A model generated the notes under the pieces. That model ran no database searches. It had not been told where the DNA came from and was given only the letters and a program-made list of their open reading frames with translations. From the NCBI GenBank assembly GCA_015228925.1, contig JADGCQ010000007.1, forward strand, positions 1,588-65,587: a stretch of 64,000 nucleotides of DNA, read 5' to 3'. Each line of letters begins with the position of its first letter. The first letter of the stretch is position 1. Both the position numbers and the translations under genes were made by a program. Origin of the DNA: Magnetococcales bacterium (lineage in GTDB: Bacteria > Pseudomonadota > Magnetococcia > Magnetococcales > UBA8363). Positions 1-10,300 of this stretch are shown one piece after another.

Positions 1-1431
1 GGCGGCCAATTGTTGGTATTTGATGGCAAATGACTGCATTTCGCTGGAGAAAAAGGCAAACCCGTTTTTGCCACACCGTTTGGCATGGTGCATGGCGGTA
101 TCGGCCTTCCCAATCAGATCTTCAACCTGGACGCCATCGTGGGGATAAACGGCAATACCGATACTGGCACCAATACGGCCTTCTCGCCCTTCGATGTCAA
201 AAGGTTTGGACATTTCTTCGACAATTTTATGGGCCACTACCCGGGCGCGATCTTTGAGTTCGATGCGGATGCCTGCAATGAATTCATCACCATTTTTTCG
301 ACTGAGAAAATCTTCCTTGCGTAAACATTCTTGCAATCTTTTGGCAGCCAATTCCAGAAGTGTGTCTCCTGCTTTGTGTCCCAGGATATCGTTAATGGTT
401 TTGAAATGATCCAGATCGATGAATAAAATAGCAAACTGTCCCGGGAGAACCCGTGAGCTGATCCACTGTTCCATCCTTTTGGTGAAGGTGATCCAATTGG
501 GTAGTCCGGTCAACGCATCGTAACGGGCCAAAATTTCCAATTGGTGTTCTTTACATTTTCGATCGATCAACGCAGCCAGGGTATTGGCGACAGTCGTTAA
601 TATCCCTTCCTCTTCGGGGCAGCGGACATGCTGGTGGGCAATGTACAGGTTGAGAACACCCAGAAGGGTCGTGTCCAGCATGATGGGGATACAATAATGG
701 CCATGTTGGCGCATCCCCTCCATGCGGATGCTGTGACGCTCATCGATTTGAGAAGCAAACACCACTTGCTTGGTTTCAGCAGCCAGACCACACAAACAGG
801 TGCCATGAGCGACGGTATGACACTGCCGCAGCAAAGTTTCCGGGAATCCAATATGGGTTGTGAGTATCAGCTTTTTATTGATAGAATCATTCAAGAATAT
901 GGACCCTTTAGATTCAATAGAAATCCAAGGGATTGAAAATATTATTTTAAGAATATCTGTAAAAATTTCTTCTTTGGGAATTTGTCTCAGACTTGCAGCG
1001 ACGATTTGGTTGACCACACTGTCAATAATGGCTTTCTGTTCTTGTTGGGAGATATCCTGAACGGTCCCTGTGATCATTTCTGGGCGACCATGACGGTCAA
1101 GAAGTGTCCAACCACGGGAACGGACGACGCAGAATCTGTTGTCTTGTCGATTGATGCGATGCTTTAAGTCGAATGCGATCCCCTTTTTTGCCTGGCGCAG
1201 GGCATGGATAACGTGTGTTCGGTCTTTGAGATCAATTTTTCTCAAGAACTCGGTGACTGTCGGTTGGTGCCGACTTTCCATCCCAAAGATACGCTGTGTT
1301 TCTTGGGACAAGTGGACTTGTTTTTCGGTAAGCCGCCACTCCCAATCGCCCGTATGGGTGACATCTTGAAGGAGGTCAAGACGGGCCTGTAACGATTGAT
1401 GGTAATGTTCGTCATTATACGTAGTATTCAT
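1..1431 (-). CDS. PAS-GAF-GGDEF signalling protein (diguanylate cyclase family); 3' end runs off the left edge of the window
   Basis: Absent from the supplied ORF track because there is no in-window stop. My reverse-strand translation from the ATG at 1431-1429 stays open to nt 1 (MNTTYNDEHYHQSLQARLDLLQDV...). GAF-like block HGTCLCGLAAETKQVVF. GGDEF-domain blocks YDALTGLPNW, FIDLDHFKTINDILGHKAGD, SRKNGDEFIAGI, IGASIGIAVYP and ADTAMHHAKRCGKNGFAFF. Confidence 0.8.
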   Translation of the reverse strand, partial: MNTTYNDEHYHQSLQARLDLLQDVTHTGDWEWRLTEKQVHLSQETQRIFGMESRHQPTVTEFLRKIDLKDRTHVIHALRQAKKGIAFDLKHRINRQDNRFCVVRSRGWTLLDRHGRPEMITGTVQDISQQEQKAIIDSVVNQIVAASLRQIPKEEIFTDILKIIFSIPWISIESKGSIFLNDSINKKLILTTHIGFPETLLRQCHTVAHGTCLCGLAAETKQVVFASQIDERHSIRMEGMRQHGHYCIPIMLDTTLLGVLNLYIAHQHVRCPEEEGILTTVANTLAALIDRKCKEHQLEILARYDALTGLPNWITFTKRMEQWISSRVLPGQFAILFIDLDHFKTINDILGHKAGDTLLELAAKRLQECLRKEDFLSRKNGDEFIAGIRIELKDRARVVAHKIVEEMSKPFDIEGREGRIGASIGIAVYPHDGVQVEDLIGKADTAMHHAKRCGKNGFAFFSSEMQSFAIKYQQLAA

Positions 1432-1601
1432 GACTATTTTGTTTCTCACGACCGCAAATGGCCCCCGGACATCCCCATCCAAGAATGAAGATACCACAGG
1501 AATGGTATGGGTTAGCCAGGGATTATAAACAATATATCGGGCGTGGATCTTTTTTTAATTGATGGCTAGGTTTTGAAGAGGTGCATGGAGGCTTTTACCG
1601 G

Positions 1602-1629
1602 GGCTGGCCGCCCAAGATAGCGGCCAGCC
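1602..1629 (-). terminator. Perfect 10-bp GC-rich hairpin just downstream of acnB
   Basis: ggctggccgc / 8-nt loop / gcggccagcc, 19 nt past the acnB stop. There is no clear U-tract, so intrinsic-terminator status is uncertain. Confidence 0.4.
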
Positions 1630-1647
1630 TTAAGAACGATTGCAGGG

Positions 1648-4203
1648 TTATACCGGTTGGATTGGAATGATCGCACCACGTTTTTCAAAATCGGGAATGG
1701 TGTGAAAATTGAGATAACGATAGGTCTTGTCCGCTTTGGGAAGAACCCTCTCATTCATCGCTTTCATGTATTCCTCGACGGTGGGAATCCGTCCCAAAAG
1801 TGCTGTTACCGCAGCCACTTCGGCGGAAGAGAGGAATACCTTGGCCCCTTTGCCCATGCGATTATCAAAGTTGCGTGTGGAAGTTGAGACGACGGTAGCA
1901 TTGTCGCGCACCCGCGCCTGATTGCCCATGCACAAAGAACACCCCGGAACTTCCGTGCGGGCACCCGCTTTGCCGAAGATGCTGTAAACCCCTTCCTCTT
2001 TGAGTTGTTGCTCATCCATCCGCGTCGGTGGTGCGACCCACAGACGGACATCCACCGGGTTTTGACCATCGAGAATAGTGCCAGCGGCCCGGAAATGACC
2101 GATATTGGTCATGCAGGAGCCAAGGAACACCTCATCGACTTTGGTGCCAGCCACCTCCGAAAGTGTTTTGACATCGTCAGGATCATTGGGACATGCCAGG
2201 ATCGGTTCGGTGATGGTGGCTAGATCGATCTCAATGATTTCTTTGTATTGGGCATTTGCGTCGGGAGCAAGCAACTCCGGGTTGGCCAGCCAAGCCTCCA
2301 TGGCGGCCATGCGGCGTTTGATGGCTTTGGCCGATTCATAGCCACGATTGAGCAGATTTTTTAGGAGGGTCACGTTGGATTGGATGTATTCCATGACCGG
2401 TTCTTTGTTCAATAGCACCGTACACCCAGAGGCGGACCGTTCCGCAGAGGCATCGGCCAGTTCGAAAGCTTGTTCAACTTTCAAGTCTCCCAACCCTTCG
2501 ATTTCCAAGATCGCTCCGGCAAATACATTTTTTTTACCCGCTTTCGCCACGGTCAGAAGACCTCTCTGAATGGCAACCCATGGAATGGCGTTGACCAGAT
2601 CCCGCAAGGTGACTCCGGGTTGCATGGTCCCGCGAAACCGGACCAGAACCGATTCCGGCATCAACAAGGGCATGGTCCCGGTTGCGGCGGCAAAGGCGAC
2701 CAATCCCGATCCGGCGGGAAAGGAGAGGCCAATGGGAAAACGGGTGTGGGAATCGCCTCCGGTCCCCACGGTATCGGGAAGACACATGCGATTGAGCCAG
2801 GAGTGAATGATCCCATCGCCGGGAGCCAGGGAGATTCCGCCACGTTCTGTCATGAACTTAGGCAGAGTTTCATGGGTTTTCACGTCCACCCCCCTGGGAT
2901 AGGCGGCGGTGTGACAAAAAGATTGCATCACAAGGTCGGCGGAAAAGCCCAGACACGCCAACTCTTTGATTTCATCCCGCGTCATGGGTCCCGTGGTGTC
3001 CTGAGAGCCAACGGTAGTCATGTTTGGTTCGCAATATTCTCCTGGACGGACCCCTTTTTTGCCGACGGCGCGTCCCACAATTTTTTGCGCTTGGGAATAA
3101 CCCTGGCCCGATTCGGGTGGGCAATCGGGGAGGACAAACATTTGCGTTGCCGACAATCCCAGTGCCTGACGGGCTTTTTCGGTCAATTTGCGACCCACGA
3201 TCAGATTGACACGCCCCCCCGCACGGACTTCATCGGCCAGATTATTGGGCTGTAACGAAAAGGTTGTCACCTCGACCCCATTGCGGGTGATGGACCCTTT
3301 TGCGGTATGGATGGTGATGACATCTCCCGTGGCAAGTCCGCTGACATTGCACTGGATGGGCAACATGCCCGAATCTTCTGCGGTATTGAAAAAAATGGGT
3401 GCGATGGTTCCTCCCAGGACGACCCCGCCCGTTTTTTTGGCAGGGACGTGGGGAATGTCACGGCCCACAAACCATAGTAGGGAATTCACGGCTGATTTTC
3501 GCGATGAGCCGGTCCCCACCACATCGCCGACAAAGGCGATGGGACCACCTTTGGCCAGGAGTCCTTTGAGCGTTCCCAAAACTTCTGGCCCACGGTTGAT
3601 GAGCATGGATTGGGCGTGCAAGGGGATATCGGGACGGCTCCAGGCTTCGGAGGCGGGAGAAAAATCGTCGGTATTGATTTCGCCATCCACTTTGAACACC
3701 GTGACGGTCACCTCCTGCGGCATCGGGGGGCGGGAGGTAAACCAGGTGCCATCGGCCCAATTTTGTAAAACTTGTTTGGCGGGGGGGCAGGTGTGTGACA
3801 GCGTGACCACACGGTCAAAGGAATCATAGATCATCAACGTGTTGGATAAGGCTTCCACGGCATGATGGGCCATGGTGGTATCTTCCAGGAGGGCGATCAG
3901 GGGGAGGATATTGAACCCGCCGATCATGGTTCCCAAAAGGCTCACCGCCTCGAAGCGATCAAACAATGGACAAACCAGGGAACCTGTGGCAATCCCCGCC
4001 AGGAATTCCGCTTTGACCCGGGAGGCTTCATCAACCCCAGGTGGCACTTGGTTGGCCAGGAGATCTTTCAAAAACGGTCCCTCTCCTGGCGGAGGAGACA
4101 TAAGCCGTTGGGTGAGAGCCGAGGTTTGTTCGGCAGTCAATGGCAGTGGCGGAATACCTTGTTTTTCCCTTTCAGCCACATGTTGGCGATAGGCTTCAAG
4201 CAT
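1648..4203 (-). CDS. acnB: Aconitate hydratase B (bifunctional aconitase 2 / 2-methylisocitrate dehydratase)
   Basis: 851-aa ORF. The N-terminus [22 protein letters not shown] is characteristic of AcnB. Fe-S ligand regions DSHTR and [21 protein letters not shown]. Confidence 0.95.
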   Translation of the reverse strand: MLEAYRQHVAEREKQGIPPLPLTAEQTSALTQRLMSPPPGEGPFLKDLLANQVPPGVDEASRVKAEFLAGIATGSLVCPLFDRFEAVSLLGTMIGGFNILPLIALLEDTTMAHHAVEALSNTLMIYDSFDRVVTLSHTCPPAKQVLQNWADGTWFTSRPPMPQEVTVTVFKVDGEINTDDFSPASEAWSRPDIPLHAQSMLINRGPEVLGTLKGLLAKGGPIAFVGDVVGTGSSRKSAVNSLLWFVGRDIPHVPAKKTGGVVLGGTIAPIFFNTAEDSGMLPIQCNVSGLATGDVITIHTAKGSITRNGVEVTTFSLQPNNLADEVRAGGRVNLIVGRKLTEKARQALGLSATQMFVLPDCPPESGQGYSQAQKIVGRAVGKKGVRPGEYCEPNMTTVGSQDTTGPMTRDEIKELACLGFSADLVMQSFCHTAAYPRGVDVKTHETLPKFMTERGGISLAPGDGIIHSWLNRMCLPDTVGTGGDSHTRFPIGLSFPAGSGLVAFAAATGTMPLLMPESVLVRFRGTMQPGVTLRDLVNAIPWVAIQRGLLTVAKAGKKNVFAGAILEIEGLGDLKVEQAFELADASAERSASGCTVLLNKEPVMEYIQSNVTLLKNLLNRGYESAKAIKRRMAAMEAWLANPELLAPDANAQYKEIIEIDLATITEPILACPNDPDDVKTLSEVAGTKVDEVFLGSCMTNIGHFRAAGTILDGQNPVDVRLWVAPPTRMDEQQLKEEGVYSIFGKAGARTEVPGCSLCMGNQARVRDNATVVSTSTRNFDNRMGKGAKVFLSSAEVAAVTALLGRIPTVEEYMKAMNERVLPKADKTYRYLNFHTIPDFEKRGAIIPIQPV

Positions 4204-4356
4204 CGATCATCCCCTTTTTTCATCCATTATGGCGGAATCCATATCGGTGACCTGCCAAGGTACACCATAAAGAAAAAATGCCTATTCTGACAAGGCTGGC
4301 CTAGTGTAGCATGATCGGCAAACGGATGTTCGCCAAAACCTGCACCTTGCCGACTT

Positions 4357-5502
4357 ATGATCATGCCTCAGGATCCGCCTGCCATACAACAGTTTCTTAA
4401 AAATTCCGGGCGTCTTGATTTCAAGGCGTTGGAATCTTTTGCCGAGAACCATGACGAGGAGGCATTTGTCCGTTTCCTCAAGACCCCGGTTCTTATGGGT
4501 AACGAAGTTCTTGAAGGGGAGTTGTCGCATCGTCGCGGTGATGCCACCGTTTTTATCTCGGACCACGCCAATATTTCCAGGCGTCAGGTGTTGATGCGTC
4601 CCCCGTTGATGCATTTGGTTTATCCTTTGATCAAGAGGTTACCCACGGGGAATCCCGATTTTTTCTCCATTGGCCGCAACGAAGAGAATGATTTTGTCTT
4701 ACCGGACTATACGATTTCCAACATTCAGGCGGGGATTCGCCGTACTGGGGCCAATCGCTATTTGTTGCGTTCTGCCCCTGCGACCAACCCGACCTTTTTA
4801 AATGGTCGCACCGTCGAAAAATCCGAAGTATTTCTCCATGATGAGGACCGGATCACATTGGGCCGTTATGAATTTTTATTTCTCAGCCCCAGTGCGTTGT
4901 ATTGCCGGTTCAAAGGGGTGGAACTGAAGCTCAGAATTCAGCAGTTTTTGGATTCTTTGGGCAAGGCGGACCATGATTTTTTGCAGGATTATGCCATCCG
5001 CCATGGGCAGGAGATGTTTGAACAATTGATGATGAGTCCCAGCTTGGTGGGATCGGGGTTGTTTCGTGGCTACTCCCTGGACCGGGATACGCGTGACGGC
5101 AACACGACGCTGGCATTTTTGCCGGATATTACTTTCGGTATGGAGCCGAAACATTTTAAAATGTTAGAGCGGGCCATCTATCCGTTGGTAGAGCCTGAAA
5201 CCGCATGGGAAGATTATCCGATCATCCGCATTGGCCGTTCCGAAACCAATGATGTTATCATGCAGGAGGGTTCCATTTCCAACAACCATGCGACAATCGG
5301 CCTGCTTGGACCGGGCCATTACCATATGAGCGATTTGGGATCGACCAATGGCTCTTTTGTCAACGACAGGCCAGTCTCTTCTCGGGGTCAGGATCTCCAC
5401 GATGGCGACCGGGTCAAGCTCGGTCGATTTGAGTTTACATTTCTTTATCCCGGTTCGCTCTATATGCGGATGACACCTGAGAATGTTCGCCGACGCCGAT
5501 AG
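4357..5502 (+). CDS. Protein with two FHA (forkhead-associated) domains
   Basis: Two FHA-type blocks: IGRNEENDFVLPDYTISNIQAGIRR...NPTFLNGRTV...DRITLGRYEFLF and IGRSETNDVIMQEGSISNNHATI...STNGSFVNDRPV...GDRVKLGRFEFTF. Confidence 0.8.
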   Translation: MIMPQDPPAIQQFLKNSGRLDFKALESFAENHDEEAFVRFLKTPVLMGNEVLEGELSHRRGDATVFISDHANISRRQVLMRPPLMHLVYPLIKRLPTGNPDFFSIGRNEENDFVLPDYTISNIQAGIRRTGANRYLLRSAPATNPTFLNGRTVEKSEVFLHDEDRITLGRYEFLFLSPSALYCRFKGVELKLRIQQFLDSLGKADHDFLQDYAIRHGQEMFEQLMMSPSLVGSGLFRGYSLDRDTRDGNTTLAFLPDITFGMEPKHFKMLERAIYPLVEPETAWEDYPIIRIGRSETNDVIMQEGSISNNHATIGLLGPGHYHMSDLGSTNGSFVNDRPVSSRGQDLHDGDRVKLGRFEFTFLYPGSLYMRMTPENVRRRR

Positions 5503-5524
5503 GTGGGTAATGCGTGGCCATGGT

Positions 5525-6568
5525 CTACCGTAATGGGAGATATCCGGGCACGGACATGACAATCTGAGTAAAAGCCTGGGCCATGGTTTCGGTCAATTGC
5601 CGCCCGATCCGATCGACCCAACGGTCTTCGTTGGTGAAATCGACCGTTTTTTCGACTTTGATCACTTCCCGGGCAATCCAATCCGCCGATCCCAGGTCAT
5701 CGACCAACCCATACTCTTTGGCTTGATCCGCAGTCCAATAGAGTCCCTGAAACAGATCGGTTTTCCCGGTTTTCAACCGTTCGCCCCGTCCCTCTTTGAC
5801 CGCTTGAATGAACTGGCCATGAATTCTATCGAGGAGACCTTTGGCATGGGTGACCTCCTCTTCGAGCATGGGTTTGAAAGGGTTGAGGAAGGCTTTATTT
5901 TTCCCGGAGGTCAGATTGCGATCTTCCACCCCAATTTTTTCCATGGTTTTTTCCAGGCCAAAATTGAACATGACAACGCCAATGGAACCGACGATGGAGG
6001 CTTTGTCGGCATAGATGGCGTCAGCCGCAGCGGCCAAGTAATACCCACCGGAGAGACAGGCATCCTCCACGGCGGCATAGAGTTGAATGGCGGGATATTT
6101 TTTCCGCAGGCGTTTGATTTCGTCGTAGATTTGGCCAGCCTGAACCGGGGAGCCACCGGGGGAATTGATTCTGAGGATGACCCCTTTGGTATCGGGATCT
6201 TTGAAGGCGGCTTGCAAACTTGTGATAATATTTTTGGCTCCGGCGGGGGAGCCGGTTGCGATGGGACCGATGACATCGATAATGGCCGTATGTCCTTTTG
6301 TTTCGGCCATGGGACGTAATCCCATGCTATTGAATTGATCTCCCAGTCCGATCCAAGCAAGAAACAGCAGGTAGCCGATGATGAAGAGGCGGAAAAATAG
6401 TTTCCAGCGGCGCGTGCGCCGTTGTTCTTTGAGAAACTGGGAAAACATTTCTTCAAGGACATGCCGTTCGGCGGCGCGTTCTTTTCGCATGTGCTGCAAC
6501 AAGGTGTCCCCGAAGGATTCCCCGCTGGTATCCACGGATTCAGAGAGTTCGGGTTCCAGCTTGTTCAT
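5525..6568 (-). CDS. sppA: Signal peptide peptidase SppA, 36K type (S49 peptidase)
   Basis: N-terminal TM segment (WKLFFRLFIIGYLLFLAWIGL). S49 blocks VILRINSPGGSPVQAG and ACLSGGYYLAAAADAIYADKASIVGSIGV. Confidence 0.85.
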   Translation of the reverse strand: MNKLEPELSESVDTSGESFGDTLLQHMRKERAAERHVLEEMFSQFLKEQRRTRRWKLFFRLFIIGYLLFLAWIGLGDQFNSMGLRPMAETKGHTAIIDVIGPIATGSPAGAKNIITSLQAAFKDPDTKGVILRINSPGGSPVQAGQIYDEIKRLRKKYPAIQLYAAVEDACLSGGYYLAAAADAIYADKASIVGSIGVVMFNFGLEKTMEKIGVEDRNLTSGKNKAFLNPFKPMLEEEVTHAKGLLDRIHGQFIQAVKEGRGERLKTGKTDLFQGLYWTADQAKEYGLVDDLGSADWIAREVIKVEKTVDFTNEDRWVDRIGRQLTETMAQAFTQIVMSVPGYLPLR

Positions 6569-6588
6569 GTTGTATAAACCCTGTGTTT

Positions 6589-7089
6589 TTACTCGGATAG
6601 TATGGAAGATTGCGCACCATCGGGGCTTTCTTCCTTGAGTTGGATATCGACGACGTTTTTAAGGGTGCTGACTTGGTGCCGTAGTTGGTACACTTCACAT
6701 AACCGACATTGTTGTCCTGTTTCGTCACATAGATTATTTTTATTGGCCCAGCAGGGAAACTGGTGATTAGGGATCACTGGGCATTGGTTGCGCGAGGTAT
6801 AATCGCATTGACGAATTTTCCAGCAGGGGATCAGCGACAGGAGGGCGCGGATTCCGGCGATGCTGATGCTGGATTTGATCATTCTTCGCAGTTCCACGAG
6901 CCATTGGATATCATCCTGGGAAAAATAACGGGTACCCGCGCTGTTTTTGTAAGCGATGAACAGCCCTTCACGTTCGTACATGTGGATGGTACGAATGGAG
7001 ATGCCCAGAAGTTTGGCGACTTCGCCGATTTTGACCATCCCAGGGGGGACTCCGGGTTCTTGTTCTACCGGTTGCAACGTTGAATCCAT
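6589..7089 (-). CDS. MerR-family transcriptional regulator with a Cys-rich C-terminal extension
   Basis: MerR HTH block MVKIGEVAKLLGISIRTIHMYEREGL...AGTRYFSQDDIQWL. Seven Cys lie between residues 89 and 131. Confidence 0.8.
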   Translation of the reverse strand: MDSTLQPVEQEPGVPPGMVKIGEVAKLLGISIRTIHMYEREGLFIAYKNSAGTRYFSQDDIQWLVELRRMIKSSISIAGIRALLSLIPCWKIRQCDYTSRNQCPVIPNHQFPCWANKNNLCDETGQQCRLCEVYQLRHQVSTLKNVVDIQLKEESPDGAQSSILSE

Positions 7090-7377
7090 ACTACCCTCTA
7101 TCCAGGATGAGGCTCGCTTCGCTGCCCAGGTCGGGAAGATCGGCGCAAAAGAGGCTCACGATGGCCATCCCTCTGAGCCACCGAGCAGGTGACCTGTTTC
7201 GTATGTTGGGCTGCGAGTTATTGTGTGGTGTTGATCACGGGCGGATACCGCCGCATTACGGTTTGATAACAGACGAGCCATGGAACCATGCTATGGCTTT
7301 TGGGCAAGATTTGTCAATCCTCGTTGGAATATGAAGCCCCATTGCGCCGTGTTGTGATGCAACGGCCCAATCGGGTT

Positions 7378-10300
7378 TTAGTGACCTTTTTTGGGGCTTT
7401 GACTCCGGGTCGAAACATCCAAGACAATGACTTCGATGGAATTACGATATTCATTGGGGATTGTTTCCCGCAAGGAATTTTCCAATTCCTGAGGTGTTGG
7501 GGGTAGTTTCGGCCCATTTTCACGTTTACCATACCAAATAACCAGATAAATGCCATAGACCCCCGTCTTTTGATCCTGCATGTACGAGATCAACTGATCT
7601 TCGATAGCGTTCCAAAGTTTTTGGTTACTGTCTTGTTTGATTTCAATCGGGATATTCCAGTCTAGGTACTGTACCTCGATATCAGAACGCCTACCACCGG
7701 CATGTCGTACTTCAGGCTCAACGCGGAGACCCGGAAAGGATGCAAGCTTATGTTGCAACGAATCCACAAGCCGGTCCCTGCTGTTGTCTTCCACTTTTGG
7801 GTTGGTAGGTTGGTTATGGCGGCCTTCAGTGTTCCAGTAGGTCTTATAACCATCGGTTTTCTTATCCCGCAGTTCTTTGGCGATGGTCCGAATTTGGTCA
7901 ACAACCAATGCATGAAAATCTGACGCTGTGGCAGGAACATTGCCAGTGACAACGTTGATAACTTCCTTCCATCCTAAGGCTTCAAAAGACTCGTCAGCCA
8001 TTTTATGGCGATGTTGGCTCAAAGCATAGCGAAGCCTATCTCCCCATGCACTAAGATCTTTGTGATCAATGAGCCGTTGCAAAGCATCAGTGGCATCTGA
8101 AGACATCTTTTCTGCGATTTCATCAATCAATGTAACAATACGTTGTGATTTGAAGAATTTTTGGTCATTTTCTATTTTTCCAAATTCCACGGGAGGGTAG
8201 ATTTTTCCATAAAAATTTAGCAAATCTTCGGCATTTTTTATTTTCAGGACTATCCCTGGTATTTTTTTCACTCTTTCCACTTTCTGTGGATAAAAAACAT
8301 TAAAAATAAAGCCAAAAAAATCACTGGCATAATTTTCATTTTGAGAAAGAACAGGTTTGATTTCTGACCATTCGCATTTCTCAAGAATGTACGCCACCGC
8401 TGCCCATTGAGGCCAACCTGGAGTTTGATCCATCTTACAACGACAAATAGTTAGAGAAGTCAACGCAGAACGGTCTCCCCACATCAGCGCAGCAATCAAT
8501 AGATGCGACAAATGGCTTCCCTTTAGTTCGGGGCATTCCTCCAAGAGCGGAATTGCAACTCTTTGAGCGATGCCCGACCACATTTCATTGCTGGATAGAG
8601 CGAATAATCTATTGACATGATCTATTCCAGCTTGCAGTTGTGGCAACCAAAATTCTTTGCAGGCGTTCGCAGCAATATCTGGAAGTGTTGTTAATATTTT
8701 ATTAAACCATGCTGGGTGATCGTCATCGTATGCTTCTGATAGCCGAAAGGCAATAGCTGAAGACCATACCGTATCAGAAGCACAGAGGTTAAAATCTAAT
8801 GCGGACAATACAGCTAAAGCAATATTATATCTTCTATTTTCTATAGAGATTTTTCCAATTTCCTCCGGGGTAGGGAGTGAATGGTTTGTTAGAAATTGCA
8901 CAAAACCTTCTTCTGCGGCCTGGGCAATTTCACTGGAAGTTTCTTCTATTAGACGTTGGTGAGGCTGAATTTTTGTGTTTGCACCTGTAAACCAGCCTTG
9001 ATAAATTTGACTTAGACCAAAAATTGCACCAAAATCGCTGCCATTTCGAATACCAGGAAGTCGATTGGACAAGTCAGTGACAAGTTTATCTTTTTCAGTT
9101 TTTGTTTTTGAATTATTTTTTTGACGAAACTCCCAACCATGACTATACAGATCGCAATATAAATATAAATCGAGACATTTCTCAAACTTGGGATATTTTT
9201 CCACAAGAGCGAAGGCGCGTTCATATGATCGTTCAGGTTGTTTCCGAAGAAGTTCCGAGATCCCGATACGAAACAACGTTACAGAAATGCTATCATACTG
9301 GTCCTCCGTGGCCAGTTTTAAACACCATTCTGGAAACCAGATTGGGACTGTCCAACTCCTCATCATTCCCCAGAAATAATAGGTGTGTTTTCCAAGATCC
9401 TTAGCAACGGTACGTTGTAAGAACAACAAGAAAAGAGATTTAATTTTTTCAGGGTGAAAATGCAGCCAATTTTTTACTCGAATAGCATCTTGATTGTCTT
9501 GAACATCAATATTTGGGATACCGAATCTGCCGGTTCCCACCCGTAGCCATAGATATAGGGTTTCGACAGGAACATGTTCTCCGTGTTGCTCCAGGGACCG
9601 TGCCAAGGCTATTTCTGCAAGGGAGTGCCAATTTGATTCGCTTTCATACAATTCATATTCGCACTTAATATCATCCAGGATATCCACCAAAGTTGGCAAC
9701 TGTTCGTCAGGGGTCATCTTAACCAAATCGTGGGCTAATGATAAGGAACCAATAGTACCATCACGTGGTGGAACAAGAAATCGCTTTATTTCCTGTAGCG
9801 TCAACTTAGCTGGATATAATGCTTCTAAAAGGACGGCCCGCAATTCAAGGTCATTTTCTGGATTTTTGTGATCTCCCAACCCTTCAAGAATCGGCTTTAG
9901 ATCATCCAAACGATACGAACAATGCGTTAAGAAGACACTTGCGGCCCTGCTACGAAAATGCGATGGGATTGCTGGGTTACGAATGAATGTCAACAGGATT
10001 TCTGGAGAAACAAAGAATACTTTTCCATATTGCATGATGTCCAGAATCGTAAAAATCAGGTGACTCCGTTCTGGTTGCAAACCAGACAGAATGGCCTCAA
10101 ATCGATCTTTGAATAGGGGATCTGCCATACGTCCGAGTGGATAACCCTCCCAATACCCACCACGAAACCACGGGTTTTCTTTTGCTAAATCGAAAAAACA
10201 GTCCAACAGATCTTTTTTTCGGCTCGGTGAGAGAGAAGCGGTGTCTCCGTACAGTGCCAAACCCATGGGATCTGTTCGTAGAAACAAAGAAATCGTAGGC

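Noticed and set aside
2470-3829. Long plus-strand ORFs (261 aa and 213 aa) inside the acnB region
   Set aside because: They lie entirely antisense to acnB, whose product is unmistakable. Their translations are Gly/Pro/Arg-rich and low-complexity, as expected for shadow ORFs in G+C-rich coding DNA.
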